The translations under genes were made by a program, and so were the position numbers. 34,847 nucleotides of DNA. Origin: Chthoniobacteraceae bacterium. Lineage in GTDB: Bacteria > Verrucomicrobiota > Verrucomicrobiia > Chthoniobacterales > Chthoniobacteraceae. Of this stretch, positions 11,001 to 17,595 are shown piece by piece (position 1 is the first letter of the stretch; the number at the start of each line of letters is the position of its first letter). Location of the stretch: positions 1 to 34,847 of the forward strand of contig JANNXQ010000139.1 in the NCBI GenBank assembly GCA_031409655.1, in the 5' to 3' direction. The notes beneath the pieces are model-generated. The model did no database searches. It saw nothing but the letters and a program-made list of their open reading frames with translations, and was not told where the DNA came from.

Positions 11001-11975
11001 CGAATGCCCGTCGCCATACTGCAAGCGGAAGGTGCCGCCTGCGCTCACCCCGATCCCCGAAGTCTGAAGGATCGAGCCCGCCGCACCGGTGATGTAAATG
11101 GACGCCGCGTTATCCACCGCCGTCGCCGCGTGATCCAGCGCGCGCACCGTCGTGGCACCCGCGTAAGTATTGATGCCCCGGAGTTGAAGCACTCCCGCGG
11201 AACCGGAGCCGCTCTGGGTCACGCCGCCCGCGCCGCTGAGAACGCCGGCGAGAGTGAGTGTCGATGAGCCGTTGAGCTTGAGGTTGCCGTTGAGGGTGAC
11301 GTTGTTCGCAACGGTCTGCGCGGACGCCGTGCGCAGATTGCCGCCATTGATGGTCAGCGAATTCGCGCGATCGCCGAGCGCGCGGGCGTTTGCGAGGTCC
11401 AGGGTGCCGGAGTTCAGCACCACACCGCCGGAGAAAGTATTCGCGCCGCTGAGCTTGACGATCCCGGTGCTCGCATTCCCCGCATCCGTGGCGATGACCA
11501 GCGGCGCGCCGGCCGCGGTATTCGACGAGACGACGCCTGAGACGGTGAGAGCGCCCGCCCCCGCGCCGTCGAAGGTGAGTGAGGTGAGTCCCGAACCCAG
11601 CACGACGCCCGCCGAGAGTGTGACCGTCGCGCTGGAGCCGAAATTGATCGCCCCCGCGCCGCTGAAAGCGAAGTCGCCGCCGAGCAAACTGGCCAGCGTG
11701 AGCGTGCCATTGCCCGCGAGGTCGAGCATCTGCAGGGTGAGATTGAGATCATTCAACGCCGTGAGCGACCCGCCAAAGCTCTGCAACCTGAGCGCCAGCG
11801 CCGCATCGCTCGCCGGCCCCGGCCCCGCGCCGAAGTTCCAGACGAGCGGATTGGTGAAGGTGCCGTTGCCTGGCGCCGTGTACGTCTGTGCCGGACTTGG
11901 CACTGTGGCGAGGAGCAGCGCTGCGACGCTGTTCGCGAGCGGACGCGGACGCCGGGACGGATTAGGGGGACTCAT
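2010..11975 (-). CDS. Giant (3,321 aa) surface protein with autotransporter-associated beta-strand (PATR) repeats and PEP-CTERM sorting signal
   Basis: N-terminal signal peptide; many GGLxKxGxGTLxLxGxNTY/FxGxTxIxxG repeats; C-terminal VPEPSGVVVGLAMFGLAGWRERRK (PEP, TM helix, basic tail); no beta-barrel translocator. Confidence 0.93.
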   Translation of the reverse strand: MSPPNPSRRPRPLANSVAALLLATVPSPAQTYTAPGNGTFTNPLVWNFGAGPGPASDAALALRLQSFGGSLTALNDLNLTLQMLDLAGNGTLTLASLLGGDFAFSGAGAINFGSSATVTLSAGVVLGSGLTSLTFDGAGAGALTVSGVVSSNTAAGAPLVIATDAGNASTGIVKLSGANTFSGGVVLNSGTLDLANARALGDRANSLTINGGNLRTASAQTVANNVTLNGNLKLNGSSTLTLAGVLSGAGGVTQSGSGSAGVLQLRGINTYAGATTVRALDHAATAVDNAASIYITGAAGSILQTSGIGVSAGGTFRLQYGDGHSAANSRVSAWTSIGVTGGFLETFGNDGLVTQSLGTVNPGGLTTIVAGTAGGVSPPAGAATEVAIANLIRSAGGTVTFTGPNLGGAAAGPGLAAAQGNVLLTLLNGAAPAGALVGGGGGAGTPTISILPWALGDIVNTGTSYAAGSGFVTYTANGVRLLNTAANEYNTSSNFNGLPDNFQNMRISGSVTSPLAPVTVNSIFVGSPGLSIGGANAITITSGALASNVLNHTIAAPVKLGAGGAGEGLISVVGPLSTTNTLTISGTVTAGSLVKSGHGTLILSGTGNTIAGGITINGGQLSVSAIARLGGATSLTFNSPSQTAAGAGLTFTGSDTLGTPIVTNGGIAGFNVTSSTLNLNSNITGAGGLRKDGAGTLVLAGTNSYSGGTYLGAGTLQFDADARLGAAGGFLHTSGGVLNLTGPWTSARALTIETGNALQLLKGGNTVTLSGPINGTGPLQIFGAGTLTIASGDNGYAGTVSIGDATQGGTLALAGPGALNAASVTFGASAGPAGTYRLDLSAATAPSGTPWRSFSSLTTAGDFGQAHTVQLGSAALTPVDLRVSGGSFGGAAGVLQGFGKLVKTGPNPFTLNGTLPNPFTGGVEIWSGRLDYGADAQLGNLANGITIQGGTLNATADSTTSRAITLAATPQPLVASAVVTLANSLSAASGTALTLNGTIGGSGGFNKSGTGTINLGTTNNYAGDTQITAGILTFTDNAQLGAASSRIRLGNGTATLRLTAAPGSATTFPLPRTIFVLGGTETINAATATATLDLSGQILAVSGAELSLSGPGKFIISGDNRSFFAPVRISSGETANTITLGSTGQLRRATLRVDRVVSVETTFNLANQARELGAVQNLDAGSNIALGSGGQLTTGFNNIAMTWDGNITGNAAAAFTKTGTGSIALTASGNTFGGGFHLLSGTGTTTISANGALPFQNAMTLGAWGNNTNRGPLLALNNASDLGTRLADTQAIFSNAGEFQFTTNGGTATSETVGSLRGAGLSIVTMNAGGTLNFGDVANGLTRVNRGTFLFRAGNANMGTAAVATTAIAKLTFGNLPGTQLVGGGGAIGTRTISILPYAVGGITGSDPGSNFVTYGANGVRVLNTDPNSEVRDSLTTAAATENVRLNTGSLTTTTISGGDKTVNALNLAGTASRTRLESATTEKLIVSSGLILSPVANVYTTNAAGTAGVPLGIQVAELQTGAANTRELNVFAVGDLALGAKVTTSGGLTKSGAGALYLGNSTNTFTGATTVNAGNLVIDNLAALGGSTQLQLGGGFLKYRGPDATLTGKSIVAAGGSGAGLGASAGFHVVSGTTLDAASTSVSGNGGILKDGSGVLRLTGANTNSGATLIAAGALAIDNPAALGTNPRVVFTDSAISTAGGQTLRFDAPMTLTQDFIVNSAQNGTGFGFDTNGNAVTLSGTLLDARSTAIRGLYKFGAGELNLTGTEMFTGASQIFGGTLRLSGANGSLLNSTGTGGFLNTATVLVNPGAALVLDNAATNNNNRLPDVWDTPFGTGNAASGALRLNGGELKIIGHAAGTSERTNQLDLFAGTVTLSGGGTTLTSGLLARTSAVSAGLIRGTNLGALPGPGNTNWFVTDLGSGGVQLGGAGGAEGTPFINLLPGFMGDTSATGSGTDFLTYAADTGFRTLTAGEYSGTIPAGNFDLNRAPNVALTGAASVNQTTALTALKLGAGASVGGPGTLLLGQSTVLATGNASIDVPSLSTNLTDANAGYVFLIPGAGTTLTVGSILPGAGLMKYGEGTLALNGRYTATGAVTVAQGTLRLDSATAALNPLGSAVTVLPGATFDLGGSDRSVASLNTAAIIGSFNLGQVSDGTVALGANRLTIYDNVGGLFTGDITGTGGVTKASQSSGTSTFTQPLSYTGSTVIRSGILQLAGAGTLASTAVEIRGGTLAFNNTDDNAAAGGTIANRIGTSTPITLAGGGIAFTENANTPGNHNLGPITLAGGSTLTITSGSSAPSTVSVANLARSAARGTLNVNATNLGLTQSPIGGARIFLTQIEGGAPAAALSGGGGAVGTTNQSILPWAFQPATSSYLTYGADGLRPLATSEYATSLISAGPTDNVRSTGADMLVATTTVNSLVVTGGNVTGAFDLTLDSGGLSITGAGLTLGAITNALLTGSGNTRELVINDSGGTTLDYNLTTSGGVTKSGAGALILGGTNTFTGGLTINEGAVNFASDANLGTAGGAVRFGGGSATSLTYTGSDTLAFNRAVETTGFGAFTGAAYQRWQLNQAITGAGGIGYATSDAVFEINAANNYTGPTQWSGGHLYIDGDSAFGNGGEILLATSATGQDIVLRGNWTSGRLIHAAGTTNAGAIQTNGYDATWSGQFVGSTTLNKNGTGNLILTEAMPYSGALTVNAGAVVLRDRGSLAANACTHTVNAGAALTLDDTGTHSSDRLHDNAGGVTLNGGSLNLLGSGSATTEEVFNGLALGAGASTVTLTPGSGQAAIVRLAGLPTNAATAASLWRGTNLGVNAPGTANSANLLLTPTNTNEFPLIGGGAPAGHPSISIIRGGFGDTSATGLGTQLVTYDPVKGVRLLHPATEFTATLVDGSAVTDNVKADGSAIALPSATTINALWLKDVSSVTGIGELTLTSGNLLVTGIGNIVSKTIRAGSNALAIGGSGDVTFDINSAITSSVGLIKTGAGTLTLSVANTYGGDTVLKDGVFAVGDASAFASTGLFIQGGEIRNVSGSPLTLVNNLTLNGPMKIGGAEDFEFSGFVTLNSATREIETTNTGTTTFSGAISSSQTLINYGLTKTGPGLLVLANTNFFDGPTTVHTGTLETTAFEALGYTASVAVNAGGTLLLSSLSDQVNDSAPVTLAGGKIRGAVDGLDEQFGTLTLSANSVIDFGTFASGIVLRFDDSSALGANWTGTTLSVWNWTAGLDRLYIGVDPSGLLGGQLSKINFYSNSGTTLATGFTGGLYNTFAPFDGTLGEVSATPVPEPSGVVVGLAMFGLAGWRERRKSEKRRQESRRGGAA

Positions 11976-12155
11976 GGTAGGAGTTCAGACTTGCGACGGA
12001 CACTCGGCCCTACTGCCATTGGCTGTTAGCGTCATGCGCGGAGGAGAGGTACACCGCAAATGGCCGGATCGCAAAATTCATTCCTGTAGGAATCGTCTGA
12101 CACAGAGGGGTCTGGGGCCAGCAAGCGTTTGAATCCCGACTCCCGCCGCTTCCGA

Positions 12156-12187
12156 CCTTTCGGCTTTTGCCTTTCGGCTTTTGCCTT
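12156..12187. repeat. 14-bp tandem repeat CCTTTCGGCTTTTG x2 plus partial copy
   Basis: Exact copies at 12156-12169 and 12170-12183, then CCTT. Confidence 0.7.
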
Positions 12188-12233
12188 GGCTGGCGCGGGG
12201 AAGCCCCGTTTAGTCGCGGGCTTCCCTTTTTAC

Positions 12234-14636
12234 ATGAAAATCTCCCTCAACTGGCTCCGCGAGATCGTCGAATTGCCACCGACGGTCGATGCGCTTGTCG
12301 ATTTGCTCACGCTCGCTGGCGTGGAAGTCGAAGGTGTCGAGACGCGCGGGTGCGCGATCCCGAGTGTCATCGTCGCGCAGATCAAGGAATCCGTGCAGCA
12401 CCCGAATGCCGACCGGCTCAGTGTCTGCCAGGTGGACGATGGCACCGGCACCGCGCGGCAGATTGTTTGCGGCGCAAAGAATTACAAAGTCGGCGACAAG
12501 GTGCCGCTCGCATTGCCGGGAGCGAAGCTCGGGCCGGATTTCACGATCAAGGTCGGCAAACTGCGCGGCGTAGAATCGCAAGGCATGATGTGCAGCGCGA
12601 AGGAGCTGCAACTCGCGGAAGACGCGGAGGGCCTGCTCATCCTGCCGGCGGAGTCCTCGATCGGCACACCGATCGGCGATCTCTTCCCGTCCGACACGAT
12701 CCTCGATCTCGAGATCACGCCAAACCGTGCGGACTTGCTCAGCGTAAATGGCATCGCTCGCGAGATCGGCGCGCTCACCGGCAAACCGGTTCGCCTCGCT
12801 GGGCCGAAAGCCACGCCGCCGACCACTGGTCTGGCGGCCATCCAGGTCGCCACGAGCGCCTGCCCGCTTTACACCGTGTGCAAGATCAGCGGCGTAACGG
12901 TCGGTCCGAGCCCGGAGTGGCTGCGCCGCCGACTCGAGGCCGTTGGCTTGCGCCCGATTAACAACATCGTTGATGTCACCAACTTCGTGATGCTCGAACT
13001 CGGCGAGCCGTTGCACGCGTTCGACGCGGCGAAGGTGAAGGGCGCGCTGAACGTGCGCGCGGCGCGGGCTGGCGAGGAGTTCCTCGCGCTCGATGGCAAG
13101 ACGTATCAACTCGGCGGGCAGCACATGGTGATCGCGGATGAAACGCACGCGCTTGCCGTGGCCGGGGTCATGGGGGGCGAAGGTAGCGGTGTCTCCGCAT
13201 CGACCACCGAGATCTGGCTCGAGAGCGCCGCCTTCCAGCCGCAGAGCATCCGTCGCACCTCCCGGGAACTCGGTCTCGCGAGCGACTCCAGCTATCGCTT
13301 CGAGCGCGGCGTGGATGCCGCTCTCATTCCGTTCGCTTCTGCCCGTGCGACTGAGCTGATCATGGAACTCTCCGGCGGTTCCGCCGCGTCCATGGTCTGT
13401 GGCGTCCCAGAGGATTCGGTACTCAGCGGAAAGCCGGTCGTGGACTTCGTAGCGGAGATGAGTCCGCGCAGCGTGGCGCTGCGTCCCGATCGTTTGCAGG
13501 CCTTGCTCGGCATCGCGGCGTCAGGCGAGCGCATCGAGCGGATTCTCACGGGGTTCGGCCTCGGCAGAACGGGCGACCAACAGTGGAGCGTCCCCAGTTT
13601 TCGCCCCGATCTCACCCGCGAGATCGACCTCATCGAGGAGATCGCCCGCGTCGTCGGGATGGACGCCATCCCCGCGCGGGTGCAGGCGCGCATCGCCGCG
13701 GCCTCACCGACGGACCTCGCGTATGATCGCGCAATGACTCTCCGCCGGGCGCTCGTCGCGCAAGGTCTGCACGAAGCGCGCAGCCTCACGCTGGTCCCCG
13801 CCGAGCCGCGCGGTCTCGCTTTCACCCAAGCCTTGCCGGAAAATCTGCTCCGCGTGAAGAACCCGATGATCGACGATCAGGTCGTCCTCCGTCCAGGCCT
13901 GCTCCACGGCCTGCTCGGAGCCATCGCCACCAATGTCCGTGGCGGAACCGCGAGCATTCGGCTCTTCGAGATCGGGCGTGTCTTCAGCGCGAGCGCGGGC
14001 CGCGAAGAGACCACCCACGCGGCGCTCGTTCTCACCGGCCCGAAGAGCGAACGCTCGTGGCGCGAAGGCGAAGGCCGCGACGCCGACCTCTACGATCTCA
14101 AAGGCATCCTTACCGCCGCACTCGGCGAAGGCACGACCTTCAAGCCGGTGGAAAATCCCGCGCTCGCGCTCTCGCTGACCGTGGAGATGAATGGCCAGCC
14201 CATTGGCTTTGCCGGCCAGCTCTGGCCCGCTGACGCGCGTGCGCTTGACGCCAGCGCTCCGATCGTTTTTGCCGAGTTCGGACTCGAATTGCTCGCCACA
14301 GCCCGCGCGGAAAATGCCGCGAAGAAATATCGCGAGATCCCGCGCTTTCCGGCGATGACGCGCGACATCGCGCTCCTCGCTCCGCTGAATCTCGCGCACG
14401 ACGCCATCGTCGACGCGCTCACCGGCGCGGACGAACCGCTGCTCGCCAACGTCGAACTCTTCGACGTTTTCACCGATCCCACCGGCGCGAAAGTGCCCGC
14501 CGATCAGCGCTCGCTCGCCTTTTCGCTCACCTACCGCAGCACCGAGCGCACGCTCACCGCGGACGAAGTGAACACCGCACACGCGAAGCTGAAGGAGCGC
14601 CTGAAGAACAACCTCGCGGTCGCGCTGCGGGAGTAG
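12234..14636 (+). CDS. pheT: Phenylalanine--tRNA ligase beta subunit
   Basis: Start reassigned to ATG 12234 (MKISLNWL); HPNADRLSVC, IVCGAKN, EITPNRADLLS, SSYRFERGVD, DLIEEIAR and SLAFSLTYRSTERTLT motifs. Confidence 0.98.
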   Translation: MKISLNWLREIVELPPTVDALVDLLTLAGVEVEGVETRGCAIPSVIVAQIKESVQHPNADRLSVCQVDDGTGTARQIVCGAKNYKVGDKVPLALPGAKLGPDFTIKVGKLRGVESQGMMCSAKELQLAEDAEGLLILPAESSIGTPIGDLFPSDTILDLEITPNRADLLSVNGIAREIGALTGKPVRLAGPKATPPTTGLAAIQVATSACPLYTVCKISGVTVGPSPEWLRRRLEAVGLRPINNIVDVTNFVMLELGEPLHAFDAAKVKGALNVRAARAGEEFLALDGKTYQLGGQHMVIADETHALAVAGVMGGEGSGVSASTTEIWLESAAFQPQSIRRTSRELGLASDSSYRFERGVDAALIPFASARATELIMELSGGSAASMVCGVPEDSVLSGKPVVDFVAEMSPRSVALRPDRLQALLGIAASGERIERILTGFGLGRTGDQQWSVPSFRPDLTREIDLIEEIARVVGMDAIPARVQARIAAASPTDLAYDRAMTLRRALVAQGLHEARSLTLVPAEPRGLAFTQALPENLLRVKNPMIDDQVVLRPGLLHGLLGAIATNVRGGTASIRLFEIGRVFSASAGREETTHAALVLTGPKSERSWREGEGRDADLYDLKGILTAALGEGTTFKPVENPALALSLTVEMNGQPIGFAGQLWPADARALDASAPIVFAEFGLELLATARAENAAKKYREIPRFPAMTRDIALLAPLNLAHDAIVDALTGADEPLLANVELFDVFTDPTGAKVPADQRSLAFSLTYRSTERTLTADEVNTAHAKLKERLKNNLAVALRE

Positions 14637-14642
14637 CCGCCA

Positions 14643-14705
14643 CCAAGGTGGCGGGGCGCCCTCGCCCCGAGTTGCTCCAAGGGTCGAGGGCGCCCCCGCG
14701 CCTTG
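14643..14705 (+). repeat. REP-like GC-rich repeat, two adjacent copies
   Basis: CCAAGGTGGCGGGGCGCCCTCGCCCCGAGTTGC (14643-14675) and CCAAGGGTCGAGGGCGCCCCCGCGCCTTG (14677-14705); the first matches 34815-34847 at 28/33 nt. Confidence 0.7.
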
Positions 14706-14743
14706 AAGACACCCCCTCGCGCGCGCTTTTACAGGCTTGTCCA

Positions 14744-14772
14744 TTGACGGAACGGAAGGTCGCCACCACTGT
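14744..14772 (+). promoter_or_regulatory. Possible promoter for the 6S RNA
   Basis: TTGACG (14744-14749), 17 nt spacer, CACTGT (14767-14772). Confidence 0.4.
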
Positions 14773-14840
14773 CTGAGCACTCGTTCTTTGCCAGCTTTCC
14801 AGGCTGCCCCGCCGGTGTTTTACCCGCGGAGCGCAGCGAA

Positions 14841-15030
14841 AAATTTGCTCTGCTGTGTTCGAACAATCGATGGTAATCCCGAACCGGTAATCACAACACA
14901 CTCAGGAGACCGGGGTGGGCGGTTGTAGATCATGCCTTCACTGGAAGATCGAAGCCCGTCCCAGGTCATCCGCCCGTGACCTAATGGGGGAACGGGAACA
15001 CCGCCGCGACGGCACTAGCGGGGCAATCTT
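14841..15030 (+). ncRNA. ssrS: 6S RNA
   Basis: About 190 nt. 5' TTGCTCTGCT-GTGTTCG pairs with 3' CG-ACGGCAC-T-AGCGGGGCAA as a closing stem. 6S-like blocks occur in the expected order (TGTTCG, CCCGAACC plus A/C-rich stretch, CATGC, GAAGCC, GCGACGGCA). Lies after pheT and before a strong terminator. Confidence 0.85.
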
Positions 15031-15034
15031 CTTG

Positions 15035-15080
15035 GCGCTTCGGAAAGGACGAACAAGTCCTTCCGAAGCGCTTTTTTTTT
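15035..15080 (+). terminator. Intrinsic terminator after 6S RNA
   Basis: GCGCTTCGGAAAGGAC / GTCCTTCCGAAGCGC stem followed by T9. Confidence 0.93.
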
Positions 15081-15126
15081 GCACCGCAGAGCGTGGTGGA
15101 AGCGGCGCTACGTGGTGCCTTCCCCG

Positions 15127-16335
15127 TCATTCCCCGAGCCGCCAGAGGGTGCTGTCGGTCCGCAGGAAAATGTGGCCACCGCTCAGGGCCGGGGTGCAGA
15201 GGATCAGCTCCTTGCTGTCCGGCTTGAGGGGGAGCTGGAGCTGGCCGGCGATGGCACCTTCGGGTGCGGCGAGGTTCACGATTTGCACGAGGCCCTTTTC
15301 ACTCACCGCAATGAGCTGCTGGCCTGCGCCGACGGGGGAACCGCTGAAGGGGCCAGTGAGGCGCAGCTTCCAGCGGATCTCGCCGGTCTTGAGATCGGCG
15401 GCAGTGAGCACGCCAGCGTTGTTCGTGGTGAAAATGCGGTCGTCGAGCACCACGGGGCTGATCGTCGCGGGGTTGATTTGTTTCGAGCGCCAGAGCTGAT
15501 CCGGGGTGGCAGTGCCGGGCTTGGGGTTGAGGGCGGTGAGGCCATTTGACGGCGCGTAGATGACCCCCGCGGCGACGACGCTGGAGCTCGAGGTGGAAGC
15601 GCCTTCGCCATATTCCCAGAGCAGACTGCCGCTCACAGGATCAACGCCCACGAGGCCCTTCGACGATTGCAGGACGACGCTGGGTGCGGATTTGGCATCG
15701 GCCCGCCACGGCACCGGGCTGGTCCAGTTCGCCACTTTCGGGCGGTCGAGCTTCCAGAGGTTCCGACCAGTCTGTTCGTCGAGGCCGAGGGTGTAACTCT
15801 CGCTGTCATTTTCGATCATCGTCACGAGCGTACCGCCGATCACGATTGGTGATGAAGCCATGCCGAGACTGTTACTCGCATTCGGGTAATCGGCGGTCAG
15901 TCCGCGGACCCACCGGAGATTGCCGTCGAGGTCAAAGGCGGCGACATCGTTACTACTCCAGATCGCGAAGACGTGGCGTCCGTCGCTGCACGGGGTGCAG
16001 GCCGCGACGCACGTTTTCTCCTGCGCCATCGTGCGGCCCGTGGCCTTGAGCTGGCGCTCCCAGAGCTTCGCGCCATCGGCCGTCGCGAAGCAGAAAAGAT
16101 GGAGCCGCTCCTGTTTCGGTCCACTGGAGCAGGTGACGAACACCTTATCCCCGATGACGATCGGGCTCGAGAGGCCGCGGCCTGGCAGCGCGACACTCCA
16201 GTCGATCTTCGGCTGCACGGGGATTTTCAGACCGGGCGCGGTGCCAGTGCTCTCGGGTCCGCGGAATTGCGGCCAATCTCCGGCGAGAGCGGTAAAAGGC
16301 AGCGCGGCGCAGGCGATAAGGCGGAACAGTTTCAT
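15127..16335 (-). CDS. Secreted PQQ-like beta-propeller (BamB-like) repeat protein
   Basis: Signal peptide, DWPQFRGP, repeated SSPIVIG and DxxTGxxxW motifs. Confidence 0.9.
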   Translation of the reverse strand: MKLFRLIACAALPFTALAGDWPQFRGPESTGTAPGLKIPVQPKIDWSVALPGRGLSSPIVIGDKVFVTCSSGPKQERLHLFCFATADGAKLWERQLKATGRTMAQEKTCVAACTPCSDGRHVFAIWSSNDVAAFDLDGNLRWVRGLTADYPNASNSLGMASSPIVIGGTLVTMIENDSESYTLGLDEQTGRNLWKLDRPKVANWTSPVPWRADAKSAPSVVLQSSKGLVGVDPVSGSLLWEYGEGASTSSSSVVAAGVIYAPSNGLTALNPKPGTATPDQLWRSKQINPATISPVVLDDRIFTTNNAGVLTAADLKTGEIRWKLRLTGPFSGSPVGAGQQLIAVSEKGLVQIVNLAAPEGAIAGQLQLPLKPDSKELILCTPALSGGHIFLRTDSTLWRLGE

Positions 16336-16341
16336 GGCGGA

Positions 16342-17421
16342 TTATTTCGAGGCAGCGAGGATGGCGGTGCCGGTGCGGTCGCAGACGCGGAGCTGAAACT
16401 CCCACTCCACCGTCCACTGCTCCTTCTGCTCGTTCTGACATGCCTTCACGAGCACGGTGTTCGTGCCCTTCTTCAGCCGGCAGGGAAGTTTGTACTGATC
16501 CATCTGCTGCCCGCGATGGTACTCATCGCGACCGAAAAGCAGCTCGCCATTGAGCCACACCTTCCAGGCGTTTTTGCAGCCCAGCCGCAGCTCCGCGTCG
16601 CGCTCTGTGGGCGAGTCAAAAGTCGTGGTGGCGTAGGCGGTCACCTCCTTTTGCATCCCGAGCGGCTTGTTGAAATCGAGCTTCCCGTATTCGTCCGCGC
16701 TTTCAAAAGGCTGCCACCTTACCTTCGCCCCCTTGCCCGCGTATTCCGCATCGAGGCGCAGTTCCTTCTCCGGGGGGAAGACGGTCTCGAAACCCTTGCG
16801 CTCCGTGTTGTCGAAAGGCCCGATCACCTGCCACTTCATCAGAAAGCCAAAGTGCCGCGGCAGATCCACCGGCACACCGAGTTCCTTCAGCGCCGCGGCG
16901 ATCACCTTCGTCTGATCCTCATCGCGCACCGCATCGAGTGCCTTCTGCCAGTCATCCTGCGTCTTCGCCGCATCGATGACCCGCTGCACCGCCCCGCGCC
17001 GCAACTCCTGCACCGGGTCCGCGATGAGCGACGGCTCGACCGCATCCGCGCGCCCTGGATCCGCTTTCCCGAGCAGATCGAAGGCTAGCTGCCGGGCTGC
17101 CGCCGCGTGCTTGGTGTCTTTCAAAAACGCCTCGATCTCCGCGACCGGCATCGGCTGCTTCGCGCGGACCGCTGCATCGACGATCGCATCCCCGGCGAGC
17201 CGCAGCCAGTTATCCGCCACCGCGCTCCCTTTTTCCGCCGCCGCGAGCACTGCGGGCAACGCCCCCGGCCCCGCCTGCACCACTTCTTTCCACGCCGCCG
17301 ATGCCGCCTCGTTGCCGCGGCCCTCGCTTCCCACACTCGCGAGCGCCTTCACCGAATCGCCGATCGCACCCTGCACATGGGAACACGCGAGAAGGATGGA
17401 AAGAGGGAGGAGAGTTCTCAT
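16342..17421 (-). CDS. Secreted hypothetical protein (helical N-domain plus beta-sandwich C-domain)
   Basis: Signal peptide; WQVIGPFDN, KVWLNG and LKKGTNTVLVK motifs; 6 nt from the PQQ-like gene, so probably co-transcribed. Confidence 0.8.
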   Translation of the reverse strand: MRTLLPLSILLACSHVQGAIGDSVKALASVGSEGRGNEAASAAWKEVVQAGPGALPAVLAAAEKGSAVADNWLRLAGDAIVDAAVRAKQPMPVAEIEAFLKDTKHAAAARQLAFDLLGKADPGRADAVEPSLIADPVQELRRGAVQRVIDAAKTQDDWQKALDAVRDEDQTKVIAAALKELGVPVDLPRHFGFLMKWQVIGPFDNTERKGFETVFPPEKELRLDAEYAGKGAKVRWQPFESADEYGKLDFNKPLGMQKEVTAYATTTFDSPTERDAELRLGCKNAWKVWLNGELLFGRDEYHRGQQMDQYKLPCRLKKGTNTVLVKACQNEQKEQWTVEWEFQLRVCDRTGTAILAASK

Positions 17422-17595
17422 GTGGGGAGCATAGAACGGATCACCGGCGTGAGGTCACGCCGCGAATTTTCAGCGTGAATGGGATCCCTGCCCGGAAGTG
17501 CATAGCGAGTCTGCAGGAATGCGATAAAAGTCACACGAGTTGCCTTCTCGGACGAGGTGAGGTCGCTCGGAGGAGCGGTGCGCGCGTGAGCCTGA

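Noticed and set aside
1973..12132. Many long + strand ORFs (e.g. 4992-7028, 3330-4925, 9366-10733)
   Set aside because: Antisense shadows of the GC-rich giant gene; no family motifs.
12129..12233. N-terminal extension of pheT in the ORF track
   Set aside because: The family N-terminus MKISLNWL begins at 12234; the extension runs through repeats and a hairpin.
14554..15126. Short ORFs over the pheT downstream region
   Set aside because: They overlap REP-like repeats, the 6S RNA and its terminator; no protein-like features.
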